DNA of 64,000 nt from Octopus sinensis (taxonomy: Eukaryota), in assembly GCF_006345805.1 (NCBI RefSeq), contig NC_042998.1, positions 97,836,001-97,900,000 of the forward strand, read 5' to 3'. The position numbers and the translations under genes were made by a program. Position 1 is the first letter of the stretch. Each line of letters opens with the position of its first letter. Below are positions 24,899-38,673 of this stretch, piece by piece. The notes beneath the pieces were generated by a model, which saw only the letters and a program-made list of their open reading frames with translations, was not told where the DNA came from and searched no databases.

Positions 24899-25190
24899 TG
24901 GATATTATCCGACCATTTCGCTCTTGGTCCACATCCAGGACTCATGCTAGTTGGATGGGCTTGAAGAATCTGTCTTACGATTCTTTCTTGCGACATTTTT
25001 ATCTCATGTCCGTAGTAGCAGAGCTGTGAACCCTCAATGCAGAGAAGTAGCGGCTCGACCGAGAGAGTTCCTGATCTCCGTGCTACGCATCCTGTGAGGT
25101 AACGTACTCCAGAAATATTTCTGAAGAGCCCCATTGCGACTGTTTGTATTCGTGATCATGCCCTTTCGGTCATTGCCCAATTTTCATGTG
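24899..25190 (-). mobile_element. RTE-like LINE, 3' fragment
   Basis: LSVEPLLLCIEGSQLCYYGHEIKMSQERIVRQILQAHPT..PGCGPRAKWSDNI (cf. IERSQLRWxGHVxRM..RPRGRPRxRWxD). Confidence 0.8.
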
Positions 25191-25324
25191 GAGAACTTGC
25201 GCTCGAAATGTTAATGAAAGATTTATTCTTTCCAATTCTTGAGTGTCAACTTATCAATTACACTTTGTTTTCAACTTAAGCTGTTATTTCGCGTTGCCAT
25301 TTTCTTCGTAAATTTTGCGTTGTG

Positions 25325-25359
<35 letters not shown>

Positions 25360-26083
25360 ATATCTAACTATCTATCTATCTATCTATCTGTATGTATGTA
25401 TGTATGTATAAATATATATATATGTATAAACAAGTGTAAATATATTTATGTATAAATATATATGTATATATATATATATAATATATATATATATTATATA
25501 TATATATATATATATACACATGAGAGTGTGTGTGTGCGTGTGTTGAGTGCGTGCGTGTATGTATGTGTGTAAACATTTGCTCAAAACTTAGAGATGTTTT
25601 CAACATGTGGCACATCTCAATTTCTATAATATATTTTCCTTTCTTTTCTACATTTCTCCCACTTTATCCATGATATTCTTTCCTTCTTAAAATGTCTTTG
25701 TTTCTGCCGTTATTCTGGATCTCATTCTAAAACGTTTAATCCAATTCACGTAACAACTTCGCCTGTCTTTCTCAGTTGTATTTCTTACTTGAGGAGAAAT
25801 AAATCACAAAAGAAGGCAACATCAACATCCGTAAGAGCTGGCGTCTGTTTTCCTCACCATCTGCTAAATACACAAATTTAATTCACTCCGAGCTTTACCA
25901 AATCTCCGGTTTACACCTTTTCTGCCACTGTTAATAATATGCATACTTGCATGAACACATGTTTATATCCATCTATGAGTATACATATGTATATATAGTA
26001 TACATACATACACACACGCACACACTTATATATACATAGTAATTATATACATAAACAAACATGTGTGTTAAAGTTATTGTGTA

Positions 26084-26114
<31 letters not shown>

Positions 26115-26762
26115 TATATATATATAATATATATATATAAACACATACATACACATTTGTGCGTGTTCAAATACATATGTATACATAGATATATATATAT
26201 ATATACATGTATATAATGTATATACATATATTGTATGTACGCATGCTTGTACTTATATACACACTCATATGTGTGTGTGTGTGTTAAAATACACATGTAT
26301 ATATATATGTACGTGTTTGTGTGTATATGTATGTATGTAAATCTATACGTGTACGAATTTAAGCACGCACACACACACACACACACACACACGCGCGCAA
26401 TATGCACACACCTACGCTGCCTGGAATATATAGGATTCTTTCATTTCCGTTCAGTTTCCACGCAGATGCAATATCACTAATTTATTTTGAATTTCTTATT
26501 GAGCCATCTCCTGATTGATATCTGGTAGCCGTTTTTTTAAAACCATTATCGATGAATTGAAATATGTGCGTAAAGCATGTGCGTGTTTATTCTATTGTGT
26601 ATGTGTGTACACACATACACACACACACACACATGTATGTAAGTATACACACACACACACACACACATGTATCTATGTATATATACACACACACACACAT
26701 ACATGAATGTATGTATATATACGCAAACACACACACACATGAATGTATGTATATATACGCAC

Positions 26763-26801
<39 letters not shown>

Positions 26802-26827
26802 ACACACACACACACATATATATATAT

Positions 26828-27250
26828 AATGCAAAATGGGACAAGAACACAAAACATCCGGGCAACAAGGTGATACAAAAAGGGACAACAAAATATCCAA
26901 ATAGACGATACAAAGAAAATAAGGAGGGGTCATTCGAAGTTTTCTATCTTCAGTCAAGAACCATATTATCCTCGCAATTTCGGTTGATTATTCTTGAGAT
27001 TGCTCCAATCTGGCCAGTCCTAAGGAAAAAACTAAGCTAAGAGCATTAGATTCCTTGGACGAAAGCAGCGAATGTATACAAAAACAAGGGCGAAAAAAAC
27101 GGACAATGTTACACAAATATAAATACAATAAAAATAATAACAGGACATAACAGGTGTCTTTCGACTAAGGACGAATTGAATTAAGCTGGCGCGTGTGGAA
27201 ATGAAGCCTTTCAGCAGAGATACAAAAATTTCACAAACAGGGAAGAATAT
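26828..27250. mobile_element. Unclassified non-coding repeat inserted in TA/CA microsatellite
   Basis: Complex sequence with internal tandem subrepeats (GGGACAA..CATCC..GATACAAA), flanked by microsatellites; no ORF. Confidence 0.35.
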
Positions 27251-27430
27251 CGATGTTGCACATACACATATATGCATGTAAATATATATACCTATATATA
27301 ATACTGTTATATTCGGGTATACACCTATATAAACATTACTACCTGTAATATGCATACAAATATAAATATTTTGAACAAAAAATTTCCCGGGTAAAAACCA
27401 CTGGAAAATATATTTTCATACACACACACA

Positions 27431-27466
<36 letters not shown>

Positions 27467-27498
27467 CACCTGTCTACATATACATATATACACACACG

Positions 27499-27554
<56 letters not shown>

Positions 27555-27677
27555 CACCTATCTATCTATCCACCTATCTATCTATCCACCTATCTATCCA
27601 CCTATCTATCTATCCACCTATCTATCCACCTATCTATCTATCCACCTATCTATCTATCCACCTATCTATCTATCCAC

Positions 27678-27756
<79 letters not shown>
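27499..27756. repeat. (TATC)n with interspersed CCAC variant units
   Basis: Seen directly. Confidence 0.95.
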
Positions 27757-27757
<1 letters not shown>

Positions 27758-28525
27758 ATGTGTGTGTATCATAGTATATACGCAAATATGCACGTGTATG
27801 TATGTATTTTATGCATTTTGATGTATTCAAGTGCGCGTGCGCGTGTGTGTGCGTGTCTATGTGTGTGTAGCTCAAGGAAATCATGCCGCTGACTTAAATA
27901 ACAATCACAAGTCGTTCACCTAAAGTACATACACTTAATGGGAATAATTTCCATGCATCTCTAAAGACTAGAATTTCGCGTGATTTTTTCCTTGTATTCA
28001 TCGATGGCATTCTCAAATATCAAACACAATAATACTAAACGACTGATTTATTTGCATTTTCATAGAACGTTTTAAGTCCACATGAAATTCGCTTCTCTTA
28101 TTTACATTTATCTTCCATGTCTCTGATAAGAAGAGAAAATTACAGCTTGTTTATAAACGTTAGAGGTTGTTTAAGAATGCAATGATGATGTGAAACATTT
28201 GAGCAATATGTAAATGAGGGGATACTCGTTCGAGATGTTTATGTTTGGTCATTAGTATGGCTACATAGGTAAGCAGAGAATGAAACTTTGATCAGTAAGA
28301 GTTTCTGATTGTGAATCAAAGCTCTTAATTTCAGAGATAAAACATCCAAACTTCTGTTTTGCATTTATTTATTGCTTTTACTTTGCAATTTAAATGTTGA
28401 AGCATAATGGCTAAATGAATCGGATGGCTCGTGAGTTGAAAATTTGTATCCAAACCATTGTTGCAGTGATCATTTTAAATTTTGAAATAATCTTGATTAA
28501 AAATGTATTTCTTTTTTTTTTGTAG

Positions 28526-28576
28526 AAAAGAAGATTGAAGGAGATTTAACAGAAATTATGTGGCTCTATATTACTG
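28526..28576 (+). other. Candidate 51-nt phase-1/phase-1 exon (KKIEGDLTEIMWLYIT)
   Basis: Poly-T + GTAG| acceptor and CTG|GTACGC donor; only the symmetric frame is open. No homology recognised. Confidence 0.2.
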
Positions 28577-28657
28577 GTACGCGAGTTTTAATGAAAACTT
28601 ATGGCAATGCAAGTAAAAAATAAGACGGAATAAAATATGGCGTTGTCAATAAATAAT

Positions 28658-28954
28658 TGTTTGTTCCTTCTCGAGCCATGCCTGGCTCATAAGGACCGGT
28701 TTCCCGTTTTCCTTGGCGTATAGGTTCCCCACCTGGACGGGACGCCTGTCCGTCGCAGGTGAGCTGCAAGATGCAGGAGGAGAGAGTGAGAGAAAGTTGT
28801 AGCAAAAGAGTCAGCAGAAGTTTGCCATTACCTTCTGCCTGAGCCGCGTGGAGCTTAGGTGTTTTGCTCATAAACACACACATCGCCCGGTCTGAGATTC
28901 GAACCCGCGATCCCTCGACTCCGCTGCTCTAACCACTAGGCCATGTGCCTCCAC
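28658..28954 (-). mobile_element. tRNA-derived SINE family C
   Basis: Minus-strand head GTGGAGGCACATGGCCTAGTGGTTAGAGC..GGGTTCGAATCTC. Flanked by CAATA(A/G)ATAAT (TSD-like). Near-identical copy at 53700-54004. Confidence 0.88.
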
Positions 28955-29274
28955 TCCAATAGATAATAAATATGTGAAAATACCTTACATTCCGTTTATA
29001 AACTGACTCGGAAAACTCTCCTCACGCTACCCGACGAAGGGATTTTTTATCCCCAAAATATTGAAATATAAAAAATGGGATTTTAGCTATTTCTACATAT
29101 TTGCCTTTCTGTTATTTATTGGTAACGCTGTATTTTATCCCGTTTTTTTCTTCCTCGCTCGCATTGCCATAAAGTTTTATTAAAACTCACCATTTTGCTC
29201 ACGCATCGCAATGCTTCAAACATCGCAATTGCTGACACATCGCAATACCTCAAACGGATTTTTAAACACTGAAC

Positions 29275-29468
29275 CGTTAGCACGCCGGGCAAAATGCTTA
29301 GCGGCATTTCGTCAGTCTGTACGTTCTGAGTTCAAATTCCACCGAGGTCGACTCTGCCTCTCATCTTTTCGGGGTCGATAAAATAAGTACCAGCTAAATA
29401 CTGGGGTCGATGTAATCGACTAGTTCCCTACTCCAAAATTTCAGGCCTTGTGCCTTTAGTAGAAAAGA
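29275..29468 (+). mobile_element. SINE family A
   Basis: CGTTAGCACGCCGGGC..GAGTTCAAATTCC..central block..GCCTTGTGCCTTTAGTAGAAAAG. Confidence 0.85.
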
Positions 29469-29753
29469 TTTTCAAACACTTACGTTGGTATTTTATTTTT
29501 GTTATCTACTCCCGGAGGATAATAGACAGAAACAAGTTTGGTGAGATTTAAATACAAAACAATGGCAGATGGATAATAAAAGAAGTTAAGCATCACGCAA
29601 AATAGTTTGTGGCACTTGGTTGCCTCCTTGCATGTTTTGAGTTCAAAATACTCCTACTTCCACTTTGTTTTTCATCGTTTGGATGTCAATAAAATTGGTA
29701 TCAATCGATAATGAAAAAAAAATGTGGTCATTGTAACCGATTATACTCTAGAC

Positions 29754-29891
29754 CAGGCATGAGCAACCTTTTTCTAGAAGTGGGCCGCATGAGATATGAC
29801 CGATAATCTGGTGGGCCGCACTACTAAAAATATCCAAGGTAATTTTTCGCTTAAGTTTTCAGAAACTTGGGCTGCAGTTTGCCCTTAACTG
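29754..29891. mobile_element. Possible hAT (Charlie-like) non-autonomous element
   Basis: CAGGCATGAGCAAC...GTTTGCCCTTAACTG imperfect TIRs, internal GGGCCGCA subterminal repeats, and a left flank CTCTAGAC resembling the NTCTAGAN target. Confidence 0.5.
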
Positions 29892-30579
29892 GTCTGAACA
29901 GAGATGCTTCAATATCAGCACAATCCAATGACTGAAGCCTGTAAAAGAATGCAATGAAACTATTTCTAAAGCTTTTTGTGCCGCATTGTCTCTGTCTCCT
30001 CTTCTACTTACTTATTGTTTGATAATAAACATTTCGATAACAATTAACATTTCGATAAGAAACGTTTATTAGCGATCATTAAAGTTTCTATTTACAACCA
30101 CTATCGAAACTTATAGCAGTATAAAACATTTCTACCAATGGCTTCTAGATGCTAAAAGGTTGGTCGTAGGTTTCTGAAGTCTATATACCTGCTAACAATT
30201 TACACCAACTCTTATTCAAGTGTTCACTTCATAAATGTTTAGAGGACGTGTTATTTATAACACACCGTATGGAACTGTAAAACTGCCAAATTCCTTTTTC
30301 AAACTCATATACCAGGAACCTATACTATTACAGTTAAGCATTTAAAGGTCTTTGAGAAAAAGTTGTGTAACTGCCATGAAAGGTATTACCGAACATGACT
30401 ATAGTTCGTCTGACTGAGACTTTTAACAGTATCTAGATACATTTCTCTCAAATGTAGCAGATCAGCCGTCTACAAAAGACAACATCCAAAGCAGGACAAC
30501 CTCTATCAATTATTGATTTACTAAATAGTGGTGCCACAGACAGAAAAAAAAACCCAACAAAAACATCGAATCAGTGCTT

Positions 30580-31168
30580 CATTAGTATTTATTTATCGAT
30601 CGCAGAAATATGAACGGCAAAGATGACCTAGGCGGGATTTATCTGAGAATGAAAACAACAGGAACAAATACTACAAGGTATTGAGCTCATCCCACTTCCG
30701 ATTCTGTCATACCACCGCCTTATATTGGGATAATAGTTTTCTACTAAAGGCACAAGGCCTAAAATTTGGTAGGAAGGAGCTCGACGGTTACATCAACTCC
30801 AGTGCTCGACTGGTACTTGTTTCACCGACCTCGAAATGAAGAAGAGTAAAATCGACCTCGGTGGTGTTTGACCCCAGAACGTAAAGCCGCAAGAAATGCA
30901 GCTAAACATTGTTGTCCGGCGTACTAACGATTCTTATTTCTTTATTGCTCACAAGGGGGCTAAACATAGAGGGGATAAACAAGGACAGGCAAACGGATTA
31001 AGTCGATTACATCGACCCCAGTGCGTAACTGGTACTTAATTTATCGACCCCGAAAGGATGAAAGGCAAAGTCGACCTCGGCGGAATTTGAACTCAGACCG
31101 TAACGGCAGACGAAATGCCGCTAAGTATTTCGCCCGGCGTGCTAACGATTCTGCCAGCTCATCACCTT
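30580..31168 (-). mobile_element. Three head-to-tail SINE A copies
   Basis: Repeated central block and heads at about 30720, 30930 and 31165. Confidence 0.8.
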
Positions 31169-31692
31169 TATATTGTGATAAAATAACACCAGTTAGATAC
31201 TGTATTGAATTGAATTGATAAGATCCCTTTCTTCTCGAAGAAGAAAGCCAGAATTATTAAACAAACAATAAATCCTTAATGTAATATAAATTGAGAAGCA
31301 CAACTAGATATAAACGTATAATGTTGCTTTTTATTGTTTAGCTTCTAGTCAACCTTGACTAAATACATCTATTCCACACCGTCTTTTAAGATTATGTCTA
31401 GAATTACATTATACAATGTGTCCTTCCCTTAAGACAATGGCGGTTTAGCTGTTATTTTTAATGCGTGAATAGATCATTTAGATGCTTTCTCATTTTTCTC
31501 GATACGTTCGTATTTATCGAAGCTTTATCGATTATTGGACATGAAAAAGCAATGTTAAAATGTTGAAATGTGTAGGTTGCTGCGAAATCAAACAATTTAT
31601 TGTCTTGAGTCATGGTGCAGAAAGCTTGACACAGGCGTTGGGCATTTATTTTAGTACTTCATCAACCCGACACAAATTTACATGCACAAACA

Positions 31693-31728
<36 letters not shown>

Positions 31729-32004
31729 TTGTGTGAATTGAACAAATGCGTCAAAAAGTACTTTGCATGTATAAAGCTACATCAATTTTGACATATTTCG
31801 CACCCACATGTAACAGTTACTTTTCTTATGCACGCTAAATTTAAGTAGTGAAAAATATACAATGTATAAATTTATTGCAAAACATCATCTGGATAGATAA
31901 ACTGTAAAGATAGATACGATACATTCAATACACGGTCAATTTGATTACACAAATACAAGATCATACCAAACAAACACTAAAACGGCAAACACACACACAC
32001 ACAC

Positions 32005-32071
<67 letters not shown>

Positions 32072-32229
32072 TTACTCAGCTGAAACCTTTGACTTAGTAT
32101 AGTGGAAAAATCATTTCCGATAATGAACAAAGTAACCACCCCGACTCTAAGTAAATGCTTAAAATGTAGCTTCAAAACAATAATTATTTTATTTAGAATA
32201 TTGAATATTTTAAAGATACTACTTTGGGA

Positions 32230-33148
32230 TGTTGAATTGGCAGAATTGTTCGCATGCCGGATAAAATGCTTAGCGGCATTTCTTCCAGTTTTAAATTCTG
32301 AATTCAAGTTCTGCCAAGATCGACTTTGCCTTTCGTCCTTTCGGAGTTCGATAAAATAAATACTAGTCAGGAGCTGGGGTCAGTAAAATTGACTAGTCCC
32401 CGTCATCTTAATTTCAGGCCTTGTGCCCATAGAAGATAAGATTTTAAAGACGCAACAATAACAGCAGCAATGATTGTTTCAAGTTTAAGCACAAGAAGAG
32501 CAATTTTTGAAATTAGGAATTTAGTCGATTACATCAAGTCTAGTACTTGAGTGGTACTTCATTTTATCGATGCCGAAGAGATGAAAGGCAAAGATGATCT
32601 TAGTGGAATTTGAACTCAAAATGTAAAAAGCCGGAACAAATACTAAAAGATATTTTCAACATTATGACGATTCAGCAAATTCACCACCTTTGATAATAAT
32701 GGTTTCAAATTTTAGCACAGAGCCAGGGATTTAAGTGGGGTGGTAAAGTAGATTACATCGATCTCAATGCTCAACTGATACTTATTTTATCGATCTCAAA
32801 AGGATGAAAGGTCAAGAGGACCTTAGCGGAATTTGAACTCAGAACGTAAAAAGGTGGGAGAAATGCCGCTAAGCGTTTTATCTGATGCACAAACGATTCT
32901 GCTAACCTGGCCATTTACCACCATAAATAATAATGGTTTCAAATTTTGGCGCAAGGCCAGCAAATTCAGGGGAGGGGATATGTCGATTACGTCGACCCCA
33001 GTGCTTAACTGGTACTTATCTTATCGACCCTGAGAGGATGAAAGGCAAAGTCGACCTCGGCAGCATTTGAACTTAGAACATGAAAACGGACGAAATGCTG
33101 CTAGGCATTTTGTCCGGCGGGCTAGCGATTCTGCCAGCTCACCGCCTT
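32230..33148. mobile_element. SINE A cluster: one plus copy followed by three minus copies
   Basis: Plus copy at 32230-32435; minus copies at about 32475-32690, 32700-32915 and 32935-33148. Confidence 0.8.
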
Positions 33149-33464
33149 CACCATTAATAATAACGATTATCCTTTCCTTATTGCATGTGAATATTTTATT
33201 ATATATATATGAGGCCCCAAGTACTCATTCATATATACAATACAAATATGTCATTCAAAAAGAGCTGAGAAATAATGTAAGAATAACATATATGTAAAAA
33301 TTGTAGTGTGGGGCAAGGAGTTAACGCAGATTGAAGCTAGGTCAAAAATTTAGCACACACAACAAATATAGGCATTCCGCCCACAGAAGAGTGGGAGCCC
33401 CTATCTAACCAGGATCGAGGCTTTTTATAACTCCAACCACCTTCCTCTCCCATCACCTTCTATC

Positions 33465-33508
33465 AACTAGATTCGCCGAACTTGCCTGTCAGCATCTTCA
33501 GTTTTGGC
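33465..33508 (-). ncRNA. Degenerate HHR-like motif
   Basis: CUGAAGA-U-GCUGA-caggcaagu-UCGGC-GAA-U(not A)CUAGU-U: helix II is 5 bp, but no helix I partner follows the cleavage site. Confidence 0.4.
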
Positions 33509-33855
33509 CTGACTCCAATTTTTCTCCATCATCTCAGCAGGTCATCTTTAGTAGATAATAAATTTCTGGTGTGATTTTCAAAATTACAAAATTTTCCATT
33601 TCGTAAGTGTCTGTGCTTCTCTCTCTCTCTCTCTCTCTCTCTACTCTTTTCTGAAACACATCCTCACACAGGCAAACCGGTAAAGCATACAGGTACAGGC
33701 ATAGCTGGTTAAGAAGCTTGATTTGAAACCACTTAGTTTTGGTTTCAGTTCCATCATACGGCACCTTGACCAAATATCTTCTACTATAACTGCGAGCTAA
33801 TCAATGCCTGCATTGTGAATGAATTTAGTATGCGGAAATTGTGTGGAAACCCGTC

Positions 33856-33918
<63 letters not shown>

Positions 33919-34429
33919 CGCGCGCGTGTTTGTGCGCGTGTGTGTGTGTGCGCGCTCTCGCGCTTGTGTATGTCTTTGTGTTCGTGGTTATTCTTCAGCT
34001 GCTTGACAATTATTGTTGCCTTGTTTACATCACCGTAAATAAGTGGTTCGGCAAAAGGGAACGAGAAAGTACAAGACCTAAAAGTAAGTACGGGGATCAG
34101 TTCAACGAAACCTTTTAAATCAGTACCCCAACATGGCCGCAGTCCAATGACTGAAATAAATAAAAGATAAAAGATATATTTTAAATTTCGCTACCTTGGG
34201 AAAGAATCAACACCTTATATTCATATACGCCATTTTTAATGCTTCGTCAGCTGGTTGGTCATTTCGGTTGTACACATATCCTGTATGTGGTATGTTCTCG
34301 TTATCTATTCAGTCATATTTTGGACACATTATAGGAACGTTTAAATCTCCACAATACTTGACGGGTATTGAGATGAAAGGCAAACTTAACCTCAATGGGA
34401 TATTAACTGTAAAGAATCGTAACTAAATA

Positions 34430-34965
34430 TTGGTTTCAAATTTTGGTACAAGGTCAGTAAGTTTGGGCGAGAGGTAAATGAATTACATCGACCCCGAAAG
34501 GACGAAAGGCGAAATTTGATCTCAGAAAGTGAAGACGGATGAAATACCTATTTCTTTACTACCCACTACGGGCTAAACACAGAGAGGACAAACAAGGACA
34601 GACAAATGGATTAAGTCGATTACATCGACCCCAGTGCGTAACTGGTACTTAATTTATCGACCCCGAAAGGATGAAAGGCAAAGTCGACCTCGGCGGAATT
34701 TGAACCCAGAACATAACGGCAGACGAAATACTGCTAAGCATTTCGCCCGGAATACTAACAATACTGCCAGCTCGCCGCCTTAATTGTAATTTTGGCAAAA
34801 GGCCAGCAACTTTGGGATTACATCAACCCCAGTGCTCAACTGGTACTTATTTTATCGACCCAGATCAGAAGAAAGGCAAAGTCAGCTTCGGCGTAATTTG
34901 AATCATAGCTAAATATTGTTAGAATTTTGTTCGACGCTCTAATTATTCAACCAATTCACCACCTA
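34430..34965 (-). mobile_element. SINE A array including the dimeric arrangement seen at 3300
   Basis: GAAATACC|TATTTCTTTACTACCC junction at about 34548, identical to 3421. Confidence 0.8.
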
Positions 34966-35914
34966 CTCAACAATTAAGTGCTCGCTTTTCCAAACGAGCA
35001 CTTAGAATCAAAAGATAACTGTTGAACTAATATGAAATCAAATTTTCTGTGAAGATAAATTGAAATGAATAGCTGAGTGAGAAATAGTGACACACGTCAA
35101 CGAGATTTGCTTCTTGATTTTCGCTTTAACTGCGTGATGGAAGCACATTTAAGGCACACCAGCAAACGTTGCTATAGAAACATCTGTATGACAAACCAAA
35201 TGACTGACCAGGTATTGGCTAGCGTTTGACAGCTCTCTTCTGTAAATCAGGTTAAGGGTTAATTGTATAGCAAAGTAGGTTTCCGGGAGAACTAGGATTC
35301 GTTCTATTAACAAGACAAACGACATTTGAAGTGTGTGAAGAATAATGAGTGTCATCAATTACTTTCCTTCCCATTTATAGAAATCCAATAATGTCATTAT
35401 CATGACATGGCTGTAGAATCAGTTTTCTAGCAAGCAGGATCGTTGGCGCGAAGGGAAAAATACTCTACATTATATCTTCCAGTTTTTTATAAACAGAGTT
35501 CAAATCCCACCGAAGTCAATTTTGCTTATCAGCTCTCTGAGGTCAATAAAATGAAATACCAACCAAGTACAAGGGTCGGTAGTATCAACAAACCCTCTCC
35601 CATCAAAATTACTGGTATTATATTTAAATTTAGAAACTATGGATTTTTCGAACTGGTGAAGTCGTCAGAACATCAAGGCAAATTATTTGCAGTAAATCTG
35701 GTTATTTACATTGTGAGTTCGCATCTCATTCAAACCATCTTTATCGATAAAATAAAATACCAATGAAGTACTGGAGCCGATGTGATCGACTAACCCTTCG
35801 CCCTAAAATTGCCTTCACTGACAATTAAAACCTCATCTTTACATAAAAAATTTAACATTTATTTAGCTAATTCAATTATTACTTTACATTTCTGCATCGT
35901 TTCATCTACTATCT

Positions 35915-36080
35915 TTTTCGTGTTTCAGTCATTAGACTGCGGCCATGCTGGGTTATCGCCTTGAAGAATTTTAGTATTACTGTTTTTTAAGCCAGGTAAT
36001 TATTCTATTGGTGTTTTTCGCCGAACTGCAAAGTTACGGGAACGTAAACTTATCACCACCGGTTGTCAAGCGATGGTGGA

Positions 36081-36135
<55 letters not shown>

Positions 36136-36628
36136 AAGTAATGGGTAAAGACCCTTTTCGGTCACGAATGACCATGAGATTGCACTTAGAAAGCCCCGAG
36201 GCATAACTCCAGGCAAGATTGTTTATGGAAGACCAGTAGTTGCCCATGCATACCAGCCTCCCGTCTCCCCACCACCGATGTTATCCAAAGGAAAAGTAGA
36301 AGCCAATACAGTCTGACACCAGTGATGTCGCAACTCATTTCTACAACTGATTGAACTGGTATAACGTGAAATAAATTGGCTTGCTCAAGAACACAACACA
36401 GCTCGGTCCAGGAATCGAACTCACGACATCGTGTATAGATAGGTTTTTTTCAGTTTCTCAGCATCGTGTATATATAGGCTTTTTTCAGTTTCCGCCAACC
36501 AAATCCATTCAGACGGCATTCTCTGGGGCTATAGTAGAGGATACTTGCCCCAGATGTCCCGCAGTGGGACCAAACCAAGAACCAAGGTTGGGAAGCAAAC
36601 TTCTTACTACGAGGCTACACCTGCGCCT
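35915..36628 (-). mobile_element. SINE B with a SINE D nested at its internal microsatellite
   Basis: B 3' module 35915-36085, (CA)n, D at about 36150-36425, B head 36480-36628. Confidence 0.75.
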
Positions 36629-37793
36629 TATATGGTTTTTGAATAATTAAATTCAATAGTTTAGATTAGATCGATCTGGAAATTATGATAAAGGCGATAT
36701 AAACAAACTGAGAGTGCGATCTATGGACATTTCCGATTTTAGATATGGTAGATGGAGTCAGTTCATTGACGAGCAACTATCACATGCTATATTATCCAAC
36801 ACTTGAATTCTTAAGACGGCTACTATGTGATTTGAGAGAAATTTGACTGCTACTTCTAGAGGTCTAGGACTACGCAGAGACTTCCCTGTTTGCTCGTATT
36901 AATGACAGCATTCAAATGAAGAATCATTTCCCGTACTTAAAGAAGATGATGTTGTCATCAATAGCAAAGAAAAGAAAAAAGAAAAAGAAAAAACGCAAAT
37001 AGAGTCAAGATAATCAGGCTGAAGAAAATTGGGTCTATACGAAAACTGAGTATATCTGCAATCAATTTAAGAATTTAGATATGTTTCCCGCCCACCAAAA
37101 AAATACAACTTTCATTTTCCATCAGGAACAATAAAACTAACTATGAAGAAAAATACAAAGAATTCGATTAAGCGAACAATCTATTTCATGGTGTATTCTT
37201 TTAACTTTATACCTTATCTGACTGACTTTAAAGTACCATACGCCAAAGAGTCTATTAACATCGATTTAATACAATAGATAGATTTTTCTATACTGACCAG
37301 GAGACAAAAAGGAATTCAAAGAGTACTTAAGCTTTTTTCTTGAAACTCAAATTAATATGGATCAAGATGAATAGTGACATTCTAAATTCTACAACATATA
37401 TTACCATTTGTAGCTTCGTTGAACAAAAGGTACATTGTTAGGTCATTTTTACAGCGAAGAAAGAATACGTTCAATAATTCTCAAAAGAAGTCTTACAGCT
37501 TCTGTGAGGAATTACTGAATGTACTGGTCAATAAATAAAATGTCGTCTACAGTAATCAAAAATCATGAGTTCGTATATTGACTCTGGCAGTTTATTTTGC
37601 TCAGAATAAGGTTTACGTTTCCTGTTGCACTTATATGATAGCAGAAAAAAAAGTATGAGCGAGAAAGATTCAATATCTAATCATTGAAACTACTGGTTTG
37701 ATCGTTTACAGAGTTGGGATAGAATACAACCCCCCCCCACACACACACACCGCAGTTGATATTGAAGTTGTGTTACTATTGACTGGAGACATA

Positions 37794-38673
37794 TTGTGTT
37801 GAGTCAAAAATTTTGATAACTTGCTTTATTCAAGTTACAGCAAAAGCAGCCTAGCATTCAAAGTAGTGGCTATCCTCTCCGAAGTCACCTTTCTGTCAGT
37901 TCCTTTTCCCATGCTGATACCAGTTCTTGTCCTTCGAGTCGAAGAACTCTTTCACTGAAGCTTCCCCCTCCTCTTGATTGACGAAGCATCGTGAACGCAG
38001 GAAGTGAGGTATAGATCGGAACGAGTAATAATCTGAGATGAATATTTTTCTGCAATCCTAATGTGCATAGGCAGTGGTTAAGCAAAGGCCAGCTTCTGGA
38101 ACCTGTCGCTAAACATGGATGTTTACAGTACATCGTGATGCACTGTATCCAGTGGAATTATGAGGGGATAATTCATTACGAGTTCGTTCCGAACGGTTGA
38201 ACCATTGATGCCAACCTGTACTCCTAACAGCTGGAGCCATTGTGCGGCATAAATACCCGGCATTGTGTAACAGAAAGCAAGCTCTTCTTGCAGCAAGACA
38301 AAGCAAGACCTCATACCGCTCGAACGACCCGTAATAAATTCCAGGAACTTAAAGGAAACGAACTGACGTCATACCCAGTATACAGTCCGAACCTAGCTCC
38401 TTCGGGTTATTACTTGTCCCGATCCATGGTTCACTTACTGCATACGTGACGCTTCATCAACCAAGAGGAGGTGGAAGCTTCAGTGAAGGAATTCTTCGCC
38501 TCGAAGGGCAGGAACTGGTATCACCATGAAATCAAAGAACTGGCAGAAAGGTGTATCAGAAATGGTGTATCAGATGACCTCTACTTTGAATGCTAGGTTA
38601 CTTTTGTTGTAACTCGACGAACAAAGCGAATAGGCTACCACCAGAATATTACAAAACTTTTGACTCAACACAG
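37794..38673 (+). mobile_element. Internally rearranged mariner relic with two 3' ends
   Basis: TA-flanked TIRs (TGTGTTGAGTCAAAA / TTTTGACTCAACACAG). Transposase remnant QQDKARPHTA..YPVYSPNLAPSGYYL. 37794-38040 is an inverted copy of 38399-38673. Confidence 0.88.

Noticed and set aside
26930-27005. CTGAAGA-TA-GAAA on the minus strand
   Set aside because: No room for helix II and no compatible NUH site or helix I.
29026-29063. HHR-like CCGACGA-AGGGAT..ATCCCC-AAAATATT (a similar GACGAAGGGAT occurs at 10820)
   Set aside because: GAAA is absent and there is no helix I. At most a decayed relic.
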